Shown here: piece by piece, positions 49,749 to 60,156 of the stretch
Position numbering within the stretch: the stretch's first letter is position 1
How the letters are laid out: every line of letters begins with the position of its first letter
Assembly (NCBI GenBank): GCA_964643045.1
Contig: CAZXSC010000004.1
Coordinates: forward strand, 2,208 to 66,207
Source: an uncultured Rhodospirillaceae bacterium
Lineage (GTDB): Bacteria; Pseudomonadota; Alphaproteobacteria; Rhodospirillales; UBA2165
DNA length: 64,000 nucleotides
Direction: 5' to 3'
The notes under the pieces: model-generated
Database searches by the model: none
Told to the model about the DNA's origin: nothing
Seen by the model: the letters and a program-made list of their open reading frames with translations, nothing else
Translations under genes and position numbers: made by a program

Positions 49749-50417
49749 ATGGAAATTTTACCTATAAATAGTCTCGATATTAGCGTAAGCATATTTTTGT
49801 TAATAAGCGCATTAACCGGACTCATTCTTGGTTTTATTCGTGGAGGCCTGTTTATCATTTCATGGCTAGGATCAGCAGTCTCTGTGTTATTAATCTTCCC
49901 TCACATAAAGCCTTACGCACGTCAATATATCGAGAATAATTTTGTTGCCGATCTAAGTAGTGGCATTGTTATATTTCTTGTAACACTCGTTATCTTGTTT
50001 TTACTAAGTTCTGTAATCGGTAGCTGGGTACGTAATTCTCGTCTTAATTCACTAGATCGCTCTTTAGGGATGCTAGCTGGCATTGTCATCGCGAGTTTGT
50101 TGTTAGCGACAGGATACATAATAACCGAAAACGTATGGCCTCCAAAAAAACACCCGCCATGGATACAAGAAGCAAAATCCCTTTATTTGATTCGTAAAGG
50201 TGCACAAGCTTTAAGTCAAATATTGCCCGAATACTTAAAAAATAAGGCCAAAGAAGTACTCGGTGAGAACACGGCCAAGACCCGCAAATTTATTGAAAAA
50301 GAAGCAATTGATCGATTTGTTCGTCCGAGAAATAAAAATTCAACTCCCAAAGATCGCTCCGGATATGATAAGAAAGAAAGGCGTGGCATTGAAAATCTTC
50401 TCGATAGGACACAATAA
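49749..50417 (+). CDS. cvpA: CvpA family (colicin V production) membrane protein
   Basis: Four TM helices and a basic C-terminal tail. It lies immediately upstream of purF, the conserved cvpA-purF arrangement. Confidence 0.8.
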   Translation: MEILPINSLDISVSIFLLISALTGLILGFIRGGLFIISWLGSAVSVLLIFPHIKPYARQYIENNFVADLSSGIVIFLVTLVILFLLSSVIGSWVRNSRLNSLDRSLGMLAGIVIASLLLATGYIITENVWPPKKHPPWIQEAKSLYLIRKGAQALSQILPEYLKNKAKEVLGENTAKTRKFIEKEAIDRFVRPRNKNSTPKDRSGYDKKERRGIENLLDRTQ

Positions 50418-50426
50418 ATTAAGCCA

Positions 50427-51890
50427 ATGATTAATTATAGGAAAGAATCAGATATTAATGATCGATTACGAGAGGAGTGTGGCGTTTTCGGGGTTTTCGG
50501 TCACCCAGATGCAGCCGCCATTGCAGCCCTTGGCTTACATGCTTTGCAGCATCGAGGCCAGGAAGCGGCGGGTATTGTTAGTTTCGATGGGTATCATTTT
50601 CATGCCGAACGCCGGTTGGGGCTGGTAAGTGAACATTTTACAAAAGTCAGTGTACTCAATAAATTATTAGGCAATGCAGCAATTGGCCACGTTCGCTATT
50701 CTACAATGGGTGAGACCGTGCTACGGAATGTTCAACCTCTGTTCGCCGACCTAGCAGACGGCGGATTTGCAATTGGCCATAACGGAAATCTAACAAATGC
50801 ACTCAGCCTACGCACTAAACTAGTTAATCAAGGTTCAATTTTCCAATCCACCTCAGATACAGAAACGATTTTGCAATTAGTGGCACGCTCTCAACGACGA
50901 GATACTCTATCAAGATTTATTGATGCTCTTTTTCAAATCGAAGGCGCGTACGCATTAGTCGGATTGACAAACAAAAAACTTATTGGTGTTCGAGACCCGT
51001 TAGGTATCCGTCCACTTGTTTTAGGCCAGTTGGACGGACACTTTATTTTATCCTCTGAGACCTGTGCATTGGATATTATTGGTGCAAAATTTGTCCGTGA
51101 AATAGAAAATGGTGAAATTGTAATAATTACAGAAAAAGGACTTGAAAGTATCAAGCCATTCCCCCCCGTTCGTTCCCGACCCTGCATTTTCGAGTATATT
51201 TACTTTGCCCGACCCGATAGTTCAGTCGGAGGACTAAGCGTCTATGAATGTCGTAAGGCATTTGGAGTTCAGTTAGCGAAAGAATCCAATATAGATGCGG
51301 ATCTTGTTGTTCCAGTCCCAGATTCTGGAGTGCCTGCGGCAATTGGTTTTGCGGAAGAGGCATCTATCCCTTTTGAACTGGGCATCATTCGAAACCATTA
51401 TGTCGGGCGCACATTCATCGAACCAAGTGATACTATTCGCCACCTTGGTGTTAAATTAAAACACAACGCAAACCGTATTCTGGTCAAAGGGAAAAGGGTC
51501 GTGTTGATCGACGATTCTATAGTACGTGGAACAACCTCAGTTAAAATTGTTCAAATGATGCGTGAAGCGGGTGCATCCGAGGTGCATATGCGTATAGGAG
51601 CTCCTCCAATCACCCACCCAGATTTTTATGGTATTGATACACCACATCAGAAACAGCTTCTAGCTGCAAACCATACTCTTGATGAAATGTGTGCATATAT
51701 AGGAGCCGATAGTTTAGCGTTCTTAAGTGTAGACGGGCTATATAAGGCCATGGGCCACGGAAATGGTCGCGATCCCTTAAATCCAATTTATACTGACCAC
51801 TGCTTTACGGGTGATTACCCCACACAACTAAGCGATCAAAACAATGATAAAAACTCTCTACAGTTATCTCTACTTTCAGAGCCAGGTTAA
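50427..51890 (+). CDS. purF: Amidophosphoribosyltransferase
   Basis: Ntn Cys in ECGVFGV, GHVRYST, the PRPP motif VVLIDDSIVRGTT, and CFTGDYP. Confidence 0.95.
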   Translation: MINYRKESDINDRLREECGVFGVFGHPDAAAIAALGLHALQHRGQEAAGIVSFDGYHFHAERRLGLVSEHFTKVSVLNKLLGNAAIGHVRYSTMGETVLRNVQPLFADLADGGFAIGHNGNLTNALSLRTKLVNQGSIFQSTSDTETILQLVARSQRRDTLSRFIDALFQIEGAYALVGLTNKKLIGVRDPLGIRPLVLGQLDGHFILSSETCALDIIGAKFVREIENGEIVIITEKGLESIKPFPPVRSRPCIFEYIYFARPDSSVGGLSVYECRKAFGVQLAKESNIDADLVVPVPDSGVPAAIGFAEEASIPFELGIIRNHYVGRTFIEPSDTIRHLGVKLKHNANRILVKGKRVVLIDDSIVRGTTSVKIVQMMREAGASEVHMRIGAPPITHPDFYGIDTPHQKQLLAANHTLDEMCAYIGADSLAFLSVDGLYKAMGHGNGRDPLNPIYTDHCFTGDYPTQLSDQNNDKNSLQLSLLSEPG

Positions 51891-51913
51891 TACTATGAAT
51901 CCAAGACCTTTAG

Positions 51914-52642
51914 ATGCCAACAAATAAGAAAATGGGGGTGCTGAATGGGCGACTAGCCGTTATTACAGGGGCTTCGCGTGGCATAGGTGCTGCAACAGCT
52001 AAACTTTTTGCCACCGAGGGGGCCCATGTTATTTTAGTGGCTCGAACCATAGGAGGCCTCGAAGAACTCGATGATGAAATTCGAGCAGGTGGTGGATCTG
52101 CTACACTCGTTCCCATGGATTTATGCGATTATGATAAGATTGATGAAATGGGATTTAGCATTCTTAAACGTTTTGGCAAACTTGATATTTTAATAGCTAA
52201 TGCGGGTCTTCTTGGGGTGATAGGCCCGATCAATCACATCAACCCAAGAATTTGGGATCAGACTATGGCTGTAAATGTAACGGCTAATTGGCGTTTAATT
52301 CGCAGTCTGGACCCCCTCTTGCGGCTTTCTGATGCTGGAAGAGCTATATTCTTGACATCTGCCGCCGCTAAGATTCACAGGGCCTATTGGGGCTTATATG
52401 CCACTAGCAAAGCAGCTCTTGAAATGATTGTTAGCACATATGCGCAGGAAATCTTAAAAACAAATGTAACTGCTAACTTGTTTAATCCGGGAAGAACACG
52501 AACTCATATGAGAGCCCAAGCTTATCCCGGCGAAGATCCAGATACAATTAAAACACCTGAGTTTGTGGTCCAACAACTCTTGGGTCTAGTTGTAGCAACC
52601 TGTAGTTTAAATGGCGAGATTATCACCGCAGACGAACCCTAA
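51914..52642 (+). CDS. SDR family oxidoreductase
   Basis: Rossmann motif TGASRGIGAATA, NAG, and the catalytic YATSK. Confidence 0.85.
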   Translation: MPTNKKMGVLNGRLAVITGASRGIGAATAKLFATEGAHVILVARTIGGLEELDDEIRAGGGSATLVPMDLCDYDKIDEMGFSILKRFGKLDILIANAGLLGVIGPINHINPRIWDQTMAVNVTANWRLIRSLDPLLRLSDAGRAIFLTSAAAKIHRAYWGLYATSKAALEMIVSTYAQEILKTNVTANLFNPGRTRTHMRAQAYPGEDPDTIKTPEFVVQQLLGLVVATCSLNGEIITADEP

Positions 52643-52665
52643 ATTATTCTCAACGGAGTTTGACA

Positions 52666-53337
52666 ATGAAAGAATGCAGCAAATCAATAATGCGTCGCAT
52701 GCGTGAGCCTAATTTTTCAAACCGATATTTTGTTGGTAATGGCCTCGACATTGGCGGTGGTCCGGATCCGCTTGGCCTTTATATTGAACTTTTCCCGCGT
52801 ATGAAAGGGATCAAAGTTTGGGACAAGAATGACGGGGATGCACAAACACTTGAAGGTATAGAAGATGAGCAGTTCAGCTTTGTCCACTCTAGTCATTGTC
52901 TTGAGCATGTAGAAAATCCAACCGTAGGACTACAAAATTGGTTTCGCGCACTCAAACCTGGAGGTCATTTAATTATTACTGTTCCAGATGAAGATTTGTA
53001 TGAACAGGGACAGTTTCCAAGCACCTGGAATAAGGATCACAAATTCACCTTCACCATTTCTAAATCTAAATCTTGGAGCCCTAAGTCTATAAATATTCTA
53101 GATTTAATAACTTCGCTTGGAGATAAATCTGAACTCATCAAGCTTCATAAGCTTGATGAAAGCTTCCGCTATACTTTACCTCGCTTTGACCAAACTCTTA
53201 CCCCGATCGGCGAATGTGGTATTGAATTAATAATACGCAAAAGGACAGAAAAAGAAATAAAAAATGGAGGCCAGGCACCTCCACAAGGTATTGTGAGTAA
53301 AATTGAGGCTTTTCTACTTACAGGTTATCAACTATGA
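52666..53337 (+). CDS. Class I SAM-dependent methyltransferase (unknown substrate)
   Basis: Motif I-like GLDIGGGPDP, then SSHCLEHVENP and LKPGGHLIITVP. ATG 52666 is preceded by GGAG (52655-52658). Confidence 0.65.
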   Translation: MKECSKSIMRRMREPNFSNRYFVGNGLDIGGGPDPLGLYIELFPRMKGIKVWDKNDGDAQTLEGIEDEQFSFVHSSHCLEHVENPTVGLQNWFRALKPGGHLIITVPDEDLYEQGQFPSTWNKDHKFTFTISKSKSWSPKSINILDLITSLGDKSELIKLHKLDESFRYTLPRFDQTLTPIGECGIELIIRKRTEKEIKNGGQAPPQGIVSKIEAFLLTGYQL

Positions 53338-53448
53338 CTTTTAGTTCATAAACGACAACGAGTTACTTATTTAAATATCAATTTAAGAACACCTAAGTCT
53401 AGAAGACCAAAGCCATTTGTTAAGAATTACCATCTACATAGACTAAAA

Positions 53449-53817
53449 TTATCTTATCAAACCACCTTTCCCAGAAATATGACCGACGGTTTTGTTACCC
53501 TGACCGAAAGGCTGAGGACTGCTAAAACAATTCACATTGCCAAGAGAATTATAGCAATAAATTTCTTCGGGGGCAGAGAGGTCATCTTCTTCGCAAAAAT
53601 TTTTGCCCGTTTCGCGTCTCACCGACGAACAGTTTTTGCCTGTTGTATAAGAGATAATATGATCTTTAATAGTCTTTCCCGTCGTAACAACTGCAACTCC
53701 ATCAATTGCCATGACCTGTTTCATACCTAACGGAGCAGAACCTGATACCGCAGAACATCCGGTAACGAAACCAAGATAAAAAAATACAATAATTAAACGC
53801 ACAAACATATTCTCCAA
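53449..53817 (-). CDS. Small Cys-containing lipoprotein, unknown function
   Basis: Signal peptide with lipobox FVTGC. The mature part contains four more Cys (KNCSS, NFCEE, IYCYN, VNCFS). No family recognised. Confidence 0.55.
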   Translation of the reverse strand: MENMFVRLIIVFFYLGFVTGCSAVSGSAPLGMKQVMAIDGVAVVTTGKTIKDHIISYTTGKNCSSVRRETGKNFCEEDDLSAPEEIYCYNSLGNVNCFSSPQPFGQGNKTVGHISGKGGLIR

Positions 53818-54042
53818 ATAGTCTCTTTCTCTTCTATAGAGAGCATAATACTCACACGCTTAAGGAAAAATTAATGCTGACAGAATCATATTTACTAGGC
53901 GATGGGTTTATCCGAATGTATAACTGTCAAACCTAGTAGTTAAGACAGAGTATTGATTTATAAAACTTTCCAGGATATATGGCGTTCTATACTTTAATTG
54001 AACAAACAACGAATGGCGTTGTATTTGAGAATGGGTGCGCGA

Positions 54043-54714
54043 ATGGCAGATCGCAATATAGAGCAAGACAATTTATTTAAAGAAATTGACGAAGACTTGC
54101 GCCAGCAACGATATACAATTCTTTGGAAAAAATATAACAAATTCATCATCGGAACTGCGTTCGCATTAGTCATTGCTGTTGCATCCATAAAAGGATGGGA
54201 AGCCTATAACCTAAATCGAAAATCGGCAGAGAGTAGTTTATTAACTTCTGCTCTTAAATTGATAAATGGGGAAAAACCAGGTAACGCGATACCAATCTTA
54301 GATAAACTTGATAAAGAAGGAAGTGTCGGCTATTCAATTTTAGCAAAATTCAACAAAGCGGCAATACTTTCAAAAACTGGCAATAAAAAAGACGCCTCAG
54401 CTAGCTATCTTTCCATAGCTGAAGATAACAATATCGAGAAAGTCTTTCGAGATATGGCCTTGATTATGTCCGCACAGCTTGGCCTCGAGAACACAGATTC
54501 AGCGATATTTATAGACAAACTATCAAAAATCATCGACGGCAAAAATGCCTGGCGCCATAGTGCGAAAGAGTTATCTGCTTTATTTGCACACAAATCAGGT
54601 GATACGCCGAAAACTCTTAAACTGTACAAAGAGTTGTCTGATGATGCAACAGCGCCACCAGGCATTAGATCTCGAGCAGCAGAAATGGCAGCAATCCTTG
54701 GTGCAAAAAATTAG
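54043..54714 (+). CDS. YfgM-like TPR membrane protein (ancillary SecYEG translocon subunit family)
   Basis: N-terminus DNLFKEIDEDLRQQRY...LWKKY, then one TM helix and a TPR-like periplasmic domain. Sits upstream of bamB-der as in the E. coli yfgM-bamB-der cluster. The ORF is open from TTG 53998; ATG 54043 is preferred. Confidence 0.7.
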   Translation: MADRNIEQDNLFKEIDEDLRQQRYTILWKKYNKFIIGTAFALVIAVASIKGWEAYNLNRKSAESSLLTSALKLINGEKPGNAIPILDKLDKEGSVGYSILAKFNKAAILSKTGNKKDASASYLSIAEDNNIEKVFRDMALIMSAQLGLENTDSAIFIDKLSKIIDGKNAWRHSAKELSALFAHKSGDTPKTLKLYKELSDDATAPPGIRSRAAEMAAILGAKN

Positions 54715-54747
54715 CAATATATCAGTCTTTCTTGTAGGATATAATAG

Positions 54748-56106
54748 ATGTATATCGGACCTCTCTTCTCTAAATTAACAACGGTGGTGTCGTGCGCAAT
54801 AATAATCTTATCTGGCTGTGATACCTTTCAAGATACCTTCGAAGATAAGTTCTTTGGAGACAAGGAGGCTAAACGATTACCCGGTAAACGGATCTCTATT
54901 TTAGCAAGTCGGCGTTCAATCGAGCCAGATATAATAGCACGCAAACATCAAATCATACTTCCAGCACCAACGTATAATAAAGACTGGCCCCAAACTGGCG
55001 GTTATGCCAACCATGCCATGCATCATATGCGTATTGCAAAATCCTTAGAGAAAAAATGGGATACAAGTATTGGTGAAGGAAGTAGCGATGAAGAGCTTCT
55101 TATGGCCCAGCCAATTGTAGCACAAAATCTCATTTTCACCATGGATACAGAAACAAAAGTAAGAGCGCACAGTATAAACGATGGCCGTGAAATTTGGACT
55201 GCCGAAATTACGCCGCGGGATGATGAAAATACGCACATCAACGGTGGATTGGCATATGAAAATGGCAGGATCTACGCATCAACAGGCTTTGGCTATGTAG
55301 TTGCTTTGGCAGCAAAATCAGGAAAGGTGCTGTGGAGCCGTAACCTAGGATCTTCAATTCGGACAGCCCCTACAGTGCGGGATAATCGAGTTTTTACAAT
55401 CACCGTAACTAACAAACTATTCGCACTCAACGGTCAAACTGGCGCAATCATTTGGAATCATTCTGGTATTGAAGAAACCACTAGTCTCCTAGGAGGCGGC
55501 AGTCCAGCTGTCGATAGTGGTGTGGTTATAGCGCCTTATTCATCAGGGGAATTAGTTGCTTTGAAAGTTGAAAACGGCCAAAAACTTTGGAGCGATATGT
55601 TGACTAGCAATCACCGTACACTGGAAACCACACGAATATCGAGCATACGGGGACGTCCTATCATTGATCGAGGTTTAGTTCTTGCCGTAAGCAATAGTGG
55701 GCAATTCATTGCCATCAACCTGCGGATGGGACGCCGTGTATGGGAGCGCAATATCGGTAGTTCCGAAAGTCCTTGGGTCGCTGGAAATTATTTATTCCTA
55801 ATATCTAATGACAATGATTTGATAGCACTGGGTAGAGAAAATGGCAGCATTTACTGGGTAACAGCACTACCAGAGTGGAAAGACCCAGAGGACCGCGTAG
55901 GCAAGATAACCTGGGCTGGGCCCATACTTGCTAGTGACCGGCTCATTTTAGCTGGATCCAACGGTGAAGCTATTTCAGTTTCACCTTATTCAGGAAAAAT
56001 ATTGGGAAAACAAAAAATGCCTGATGGAGTGACAATTAGCCCCATCATCGCTCAAGATACACTACTATTATTATCAGATGACGCGGAGTTGACCGCTTAT
56101 CGTTAA
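54748..56106 (+). CDS. bamB: Outer membrane protein assembly factor BamB (PQQ-like beta-propeller lipoprotein)
   Basis: Lipobox ILSGC. Repeated W-containing beta-propeller blades (LWS, IWN, VWE, YWV). Synteny with der. Confidence 0.85.
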   Translation: MYIGPLFSKLTTVVSCAIIILSGCDTFQDTFEDKFFGDKEAKRLPGKRISILASRRSIEPDIIARKHQIILPAPTYNKDWPQTGGYANHAMHHMRIAKSLEKKWDTSIGEGSSDEELLMAQPIVAQNLIFTMDTETKVRAHSINDGREIWTAEITPRDDENTHINGGLAYENGRIYASTGFGYVVALAAKSGKVLWSRNLGSSIRTAPTVRDNRVFTITVTNKLFALNGQTGAIIWNHSGIEETTSLLGGGSPAVDSGVVIAPYSSGELVALKVENGQKLWSDMLTSNHRTLETTRISSIRGRPIIDRGLVLAVSNSGQFIAINLRMGRRVWERNIGSSESPWVAGNYLFLISNDNDLIALGRENGSIYWVTALPEWKDPEDRVGKITWAGPILASDRLILAGSNGEAISVSPYSGKILGKQKMPDGVTISPIIAQDTLLLLSDDAELTAYR

Positions 56107-56131
56107 CCCTTATAACTCGTAAGATTTTGCT

Positions 56132-57490
56132 ATGGGCATAACACTAGCAATTGTCGGTAGACCCAATGTTGGAAAATCAACTTTGTTCAACCGTTTAGCT
56201 GGCAAACGCCTAGCAATAGTTGACGATACCACTGGCGTTACCCGAGATCGACGCATTGCACCTGGTCACATTGGCGATCTAGATATAGAAATAATTGATA
56301 CAGCAGGATTTGAGGATAGTGATAACGGAAACTTAAATGAAAAAATACGTCAACAAACAAAAAAGGCAATTAAGGAAGCAGATGTAGCCCTTTTCATCGT
56401 GGATGCACGGTCAGGCATTGTTCCACTCGACAACTTTCTTGCTAACTGGTTAAGAACACAAGAAATTCCGATTATTTTGTTAGTTAACAAATGTGAAGGC
56501 AGAATGGGTGAACCAGGACTATTTGAGGCATTCGAACTTGGTCTGGGTGATCCAATACCAATTTCCGCAGAGCATGGCGAAGGTCTAGCTGATCTATACC
56601 AAGCCTTGCTTCCATATTCAAAAACGGCCGTGAAGAACACAAATTGTACAGATCAAGTAACTGAGAATGGGGAGGTTTCAAATCAAATCCAGATAGCAAT
56701 TGTTGGCCGGCCAAATGTGGGTAAATCGACCCTCATAAACAGCTTAATTGGTGAGGATAGGCTCCTAACAGGTCCAGAATCGGGTATCACTCGCGATGCA
56801 ATAGCAATTGAATGGGAACAAAATGGCCAAAGTGTGAAGTTAATTGATACAGCAGGGCTCCGACGCAAATCTAAAATTCAAGACAAAGTTGAAAGATTAT
56901 CCGCAACAGATTCATTCCGTGCTATCCAATTTGCTCAAATAGTTATCCTTTTAATCGACGGAAATTTTATGCTTGAGAAACAAGACCTTAAAATTGCCCG
57001 CCAGGTAATTGATGAAGGTAGAATCCTAATAATTGCAGTCAATAAATGGGACATTGTAAAAAACCGCAAACGGGTCATGCAAAAACTTGATGATCGTTTG
57101 CGGACCTCACTACCACAGGTCAAAGGAATTCCCATTATCCAGCTTTCCGCCCTAACTGGGGAAAATATTGGTAAAATCATGCCAACAGCTTTTGAAATAT
57201 TCGATATTTGGAATCAACGTATTTCAACAGGAAAGCTAAATCATTGGCTGATGATGATGATCGAACAACACCCACCCCCATTGAAAAATGGGCGACGCAT
57301 CCGCATCCGTTATATAACACAAGCTAAAACGCGGCCGCCAACATTCGTCGTTTTTTCCAGCAGGGGTAATGACCTTCCAGAATCATACAGACGATTTTTG
57401 ATAAATGGCATTCGAACCGACTTTAATTTGCCAGGTATCCCGATTCGGATTTTAGTTCGAAAAGGGGATAACCCTTATGTAAAAAAATAA
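56132..57490 (+). CDS. der: Ribosome biogenesis GTPase Der (EngA)
   Basis: Two tandem G domains, each with GRPNVGKST, DTAG and NK.D, followed by a KH-like C-terminus. Confidence 0.95.
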   Translation: MGITLAIVGRPNVGKSTLFNRLAGKRLAIVDDTTGVTRDRRIAPGHIGDLDIEIIDTAGFEDSDNGNLNEKIRQQTKKAIKEADVALFIVDARSGIVPLDNFLANWLRTQEIPIILLVNKCEGRMGEPGLFEAFELGLGDPIPISAEHGEGLADLYQALLPYSKTAVKNTNCTDQVTENGEVSNQIQIAIVGRPNVGKSTLINSLIGEDRLLTGPESGITRDAIAIEWEQNGQSVKLIDTAGLRRKSKIQDKVERLSATDSFRAIQFAQIVILLIDGNFMLEKQDLKIARQVIDEGRILIIAVNKWDIVKNRKRVMQKLDDRLRTSLPQVKGIPIIQLSALTGENIGKIMPTAFEIFDIWNQRISTGKLNHWLMMMIEQHPPPLKNGRRIRIRYITQAKTRPPTFVVFSSRGNDLPESYRRFLINGIRTDFNLPGIPIRILVRKGDNPYVKK

Positions 57491-57596
57491 ATTCGGCGGT
57501 AATTATTTTATTCTAGGATAAAACAGAACTAATAATAAAATATCAATCATCTTAAAGATGTGTAAGAATCGGATTGTGTCCAACGGTCTGAAAACC

Positions 57597-58802
57597 TTAT
57601 TGGCTAATATCTTGTTTCCCATCGGTATTCAGAATATCGACTAGTCTTTCAATACTATTAAGATTATGAATTGTTTTAAATTCATCAACGTGCGGCAATA
57701 TTGTTCTGATCCCAATAGATTTTGGCTCAAAGCCTTCATAGCGAAGCAACGGATTTAACCAAATTAATCTTCGACAGGACCTGTGAAGACGTTGTATTTC
57801 GGCAGAAAGGCCGTTAGCCTCATCACGATCCAAACCATCAGAGATAAACAAAACCACGGCTCCCTGTGTCAAAACTCTGCGCGACCAAAGTTTGTTGAAA
57901 TCAGCTAGACTACGACCTATCCTGGTTCCACCAGACCAATCAGTTGCAGCTTGACCCACTTTTTCCAAGGCCTGATCAACATCCTTATAACGTAGGTAAC
58001 GCGTTACATTCGTGAGACATGTCCCAAATAAAAAAGTATGAACCCGATCTCTATCATTAGTTACAGAGTGCATAAAATGAAGCAACATTCTGGAATATCG
58101 TTCCATAGAGCCGGAGATATCACAAAGTATAACTAAGGGCGGCCGACGCTTAAGTCGTTCACGCTTCATCAACGGTATAAAATCAGCACTTGATCGGAGT
58201 ACAGCACGCATAGTGCGCCGCATATCGATCCGCTTTCCAATATTCGAAACCTTAAAGCGTCGGATTTGAACTAAATTTTGCGGCAACTTGATTCGACGCA
58301 CGGCTGAAATCGCCAATTGAATTTCCTCAGTTGACATTTTCTCAAAATCTTTTTCGCCAAATAACTCATTAGAGCTCCAGGTTAAAGACGCATCAAATTC
58401 CACTTCTTCTTCAACCCGCTCTTCTCCATTACTCGAATTTGATGACAAGGCTTCGGTTACACGCCTTAAAACATCTTCTGATTCCTTTGGAGCATTAGTT
58501 GGATCCGATATATCCGGTAAAACTAATTGCATCATACGCTCGAGAATTTCTGGATTGCGCCAAAATATGAAAAAGGCCTGGTTAAATATCTCACGTTGAG
58601 CTAGTCGTTTCACAAACACAGCATGCAATGCCCAATAGAAATCATCCCGATTTGATAAGCCAACCTTCAGCACAGCTCTGAGGGCATCTAAAACTTGACC
58701 TGGGCCAACAGGCAGTCCAGCTCTTCTCAAAACCCGCGCAAAATGCAAAATATTTTCACTTAATAAACCCCGGGAACTGGTATCAGTAAATAAATCTGAC
58801 AT
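57597..58802 (-). CDS. VWA domain protein, CoxE-like
   Basis: The C-terminal VWA domain has the MIDAS motif DISGSM (LVILCDISGSMERY). Paired with a MoxR-type ATPase upstream. Confidence 0.75.
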   Translation of the reverse strand: MSDLFTDTSSRGLLSENILHFARVLRRAGLPVGPGQVLDALRAVLKVGLSNRDDFYWALHAVFVKRLAQREIFNQAFFIFWRNPEILERMMQLVLPDISDPTNAPKESEDVLRRVTEALSSNSSNGEERVEEEVEFDASLTWSSNELFGEKDFEKMSTEEIQLAISAVRRIKLPQNLVQIRRFKVSNIGKRIDMRRTMRAVLRSSADFIPLMKRERLKRRPPLVILCDISGSMERYSRMLLHFMHSVTNDRDRVHTFLFGTCLTNVTRYLRYKDVDQALEKVGQAATDWSGGTRIGRSLADFNKLWSRRVLTQGAVVLFISDGLDRDEANGLSAEIQRLHRSCRRLIWLNPLLRYEGFEPKSIGIRTILPHVDEFKTIHNLNSIERLVDILNTDGKQDISQ

Positions 58803-58843
58803 ACTATGATGAGAGTAATAATAGGTAACTACTATCGCGCCAT

Positions 58844-59764
58844 TTAAGAACTGACACTTGCCTGTTCCATCTTAACCTCATTTAAAATTCGATTTGCTTC
58901 GCTTCCTTGTAATTTTGCTATATCATCTTGATACTTTAACAACGTCCCTAATGTGTCATTAACCATAACTGGATCCAGTGACAAACAATCCAATTGGACT
59001 AATGCATGAGCCCAATCAATTGTTTCGGCTACTCCTGGGACTTTAAACAAATCCATACCGCGCAATTTCTGAACAAAGTCAACAACCTCTCTTGAAAGAG
59101 TTGCCGCTGCTGTTGGGGCTTTAACGCTTAATATTTCAAGTTCGCGTTTAGCACTTGGATAGTCCACCCAATGATAAAAACAACGCCGTTTAAGGGCATC
59201 ATGAATTTCGCGCGTACGGTTAGACGTAATAATAACTAACGGCGGTTCAGTAGCAGTTATGGTACCAAGTTCTGGAATTGTTATTTGAAAATCAGAAAGA
59301 ACCTCTAAAAGAAAGGCTTCAAAAGGCTCATCAGTTCGGTCTAACTCATCGATGAGCAGAACAGGAGGACCGCCTTCATTTTGCTCCAATGCTTGCAATA
59401 GAGGTCGTTTAATGAGGAAAGTGTCATTGAATATATCAGATTCTAGTGAATCGCGACTTTTGCCCTGCACGGCCTCGGCTAAGCGTATTTCAATCATTTG
59501 CCGTGAATAGTTCCATTCATAGACTGCTGTTGTTACATCAAGGCCTTCATAACACTGCAAACGAAGGAGGTTCCGATCAAGCATTTTAGACAAAACTTTA
59601 GCAATTTCAGTTTTACCGACACCCGCCTCACCCTCCAAAAACAAAGGTTTTTTGAGACTGATTGCGAGATATAATGCCGTCGCTAGGCTTCGGTCAGCTA
59701 AATAATCACCGTCCCCCAGCAATTCAAGAGTTGTATCCACATCTTTCGGTAAAGAAGTCATCAA
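58844..59764 (-). CDS. MoxR-type AAA+ ATPase, CoxD-like
   Basis: Walker A GEAGVGKT (59609-59632), Walker B LLIDELDR, 306 aa. Confidence 0.8.
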   Translation of the reverse strand: MMTSLPKDVDTTLELLGDGDYLADRSLATALYLAISLKKPLFLEGEAGVGKTEIAKVLSKMLDRNLLRLQCYEGLDVTTAVYEWNYSRQMIEIRLAEAVQGKSRDSLESDIFNDTFLIKRPLLQALEQNEGGPPVLLIDELDRTDEPFEAFLLEVLSDFQITIPELGTITATEPPLVIITSNRTREIHDALKRRCFYHWVDYPSAKRELEILSVKAPTAAATLSREVVDFVQKLRGMDLFKVPGVAETIDWAHALVQLDCLSLDPVMVNDTLGTLLKYQDDIAKLQGSEANRILNEVKMEQASVSS

Positions 59765-60156
59765 AAATTCCTATTTCAAGAAATCAAGGCAACTAACATA
59801 GAAAACGCCGCCCCTTCTGTCCATCACACTTATAATGGTGTATTTGGATCAAAAGGGTGCGACGCCCACGCCCAAACCAAATAATTTCTTAGGCCCTGCT
59901 TAAGGAGTGATACCCAATTTGATATGCAAATTGTACTAAATAAACCATACATCGCCGCTAACTAGGCAACGCCTATCGAATTATCACCCCAAACATTTTC
60001 GTTAACAGGCATCTCCAACAATTATTTGCCTATATCGTTTTATCGCTACAACAATACTCCAAATTTAATAAGAATAATACCCGTAAATAACCTAGCTCTA
60101 CTTTGACGAAAAGAAAGTAGTCAATATTCAACTCCGAGCATTACTGCAAGTACAAT

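Noticed and set aside
59924-59965. 13-codon mini-ORF (MQIVLNKPYIAAN) downstream of a TAAGGAG in the serA/MoxR spacer.
   Set aside because: The AGGAG-to-ATG spacing is about 16 nt, which is too long. The peptide has no features, so this is probably a chance occurrence.
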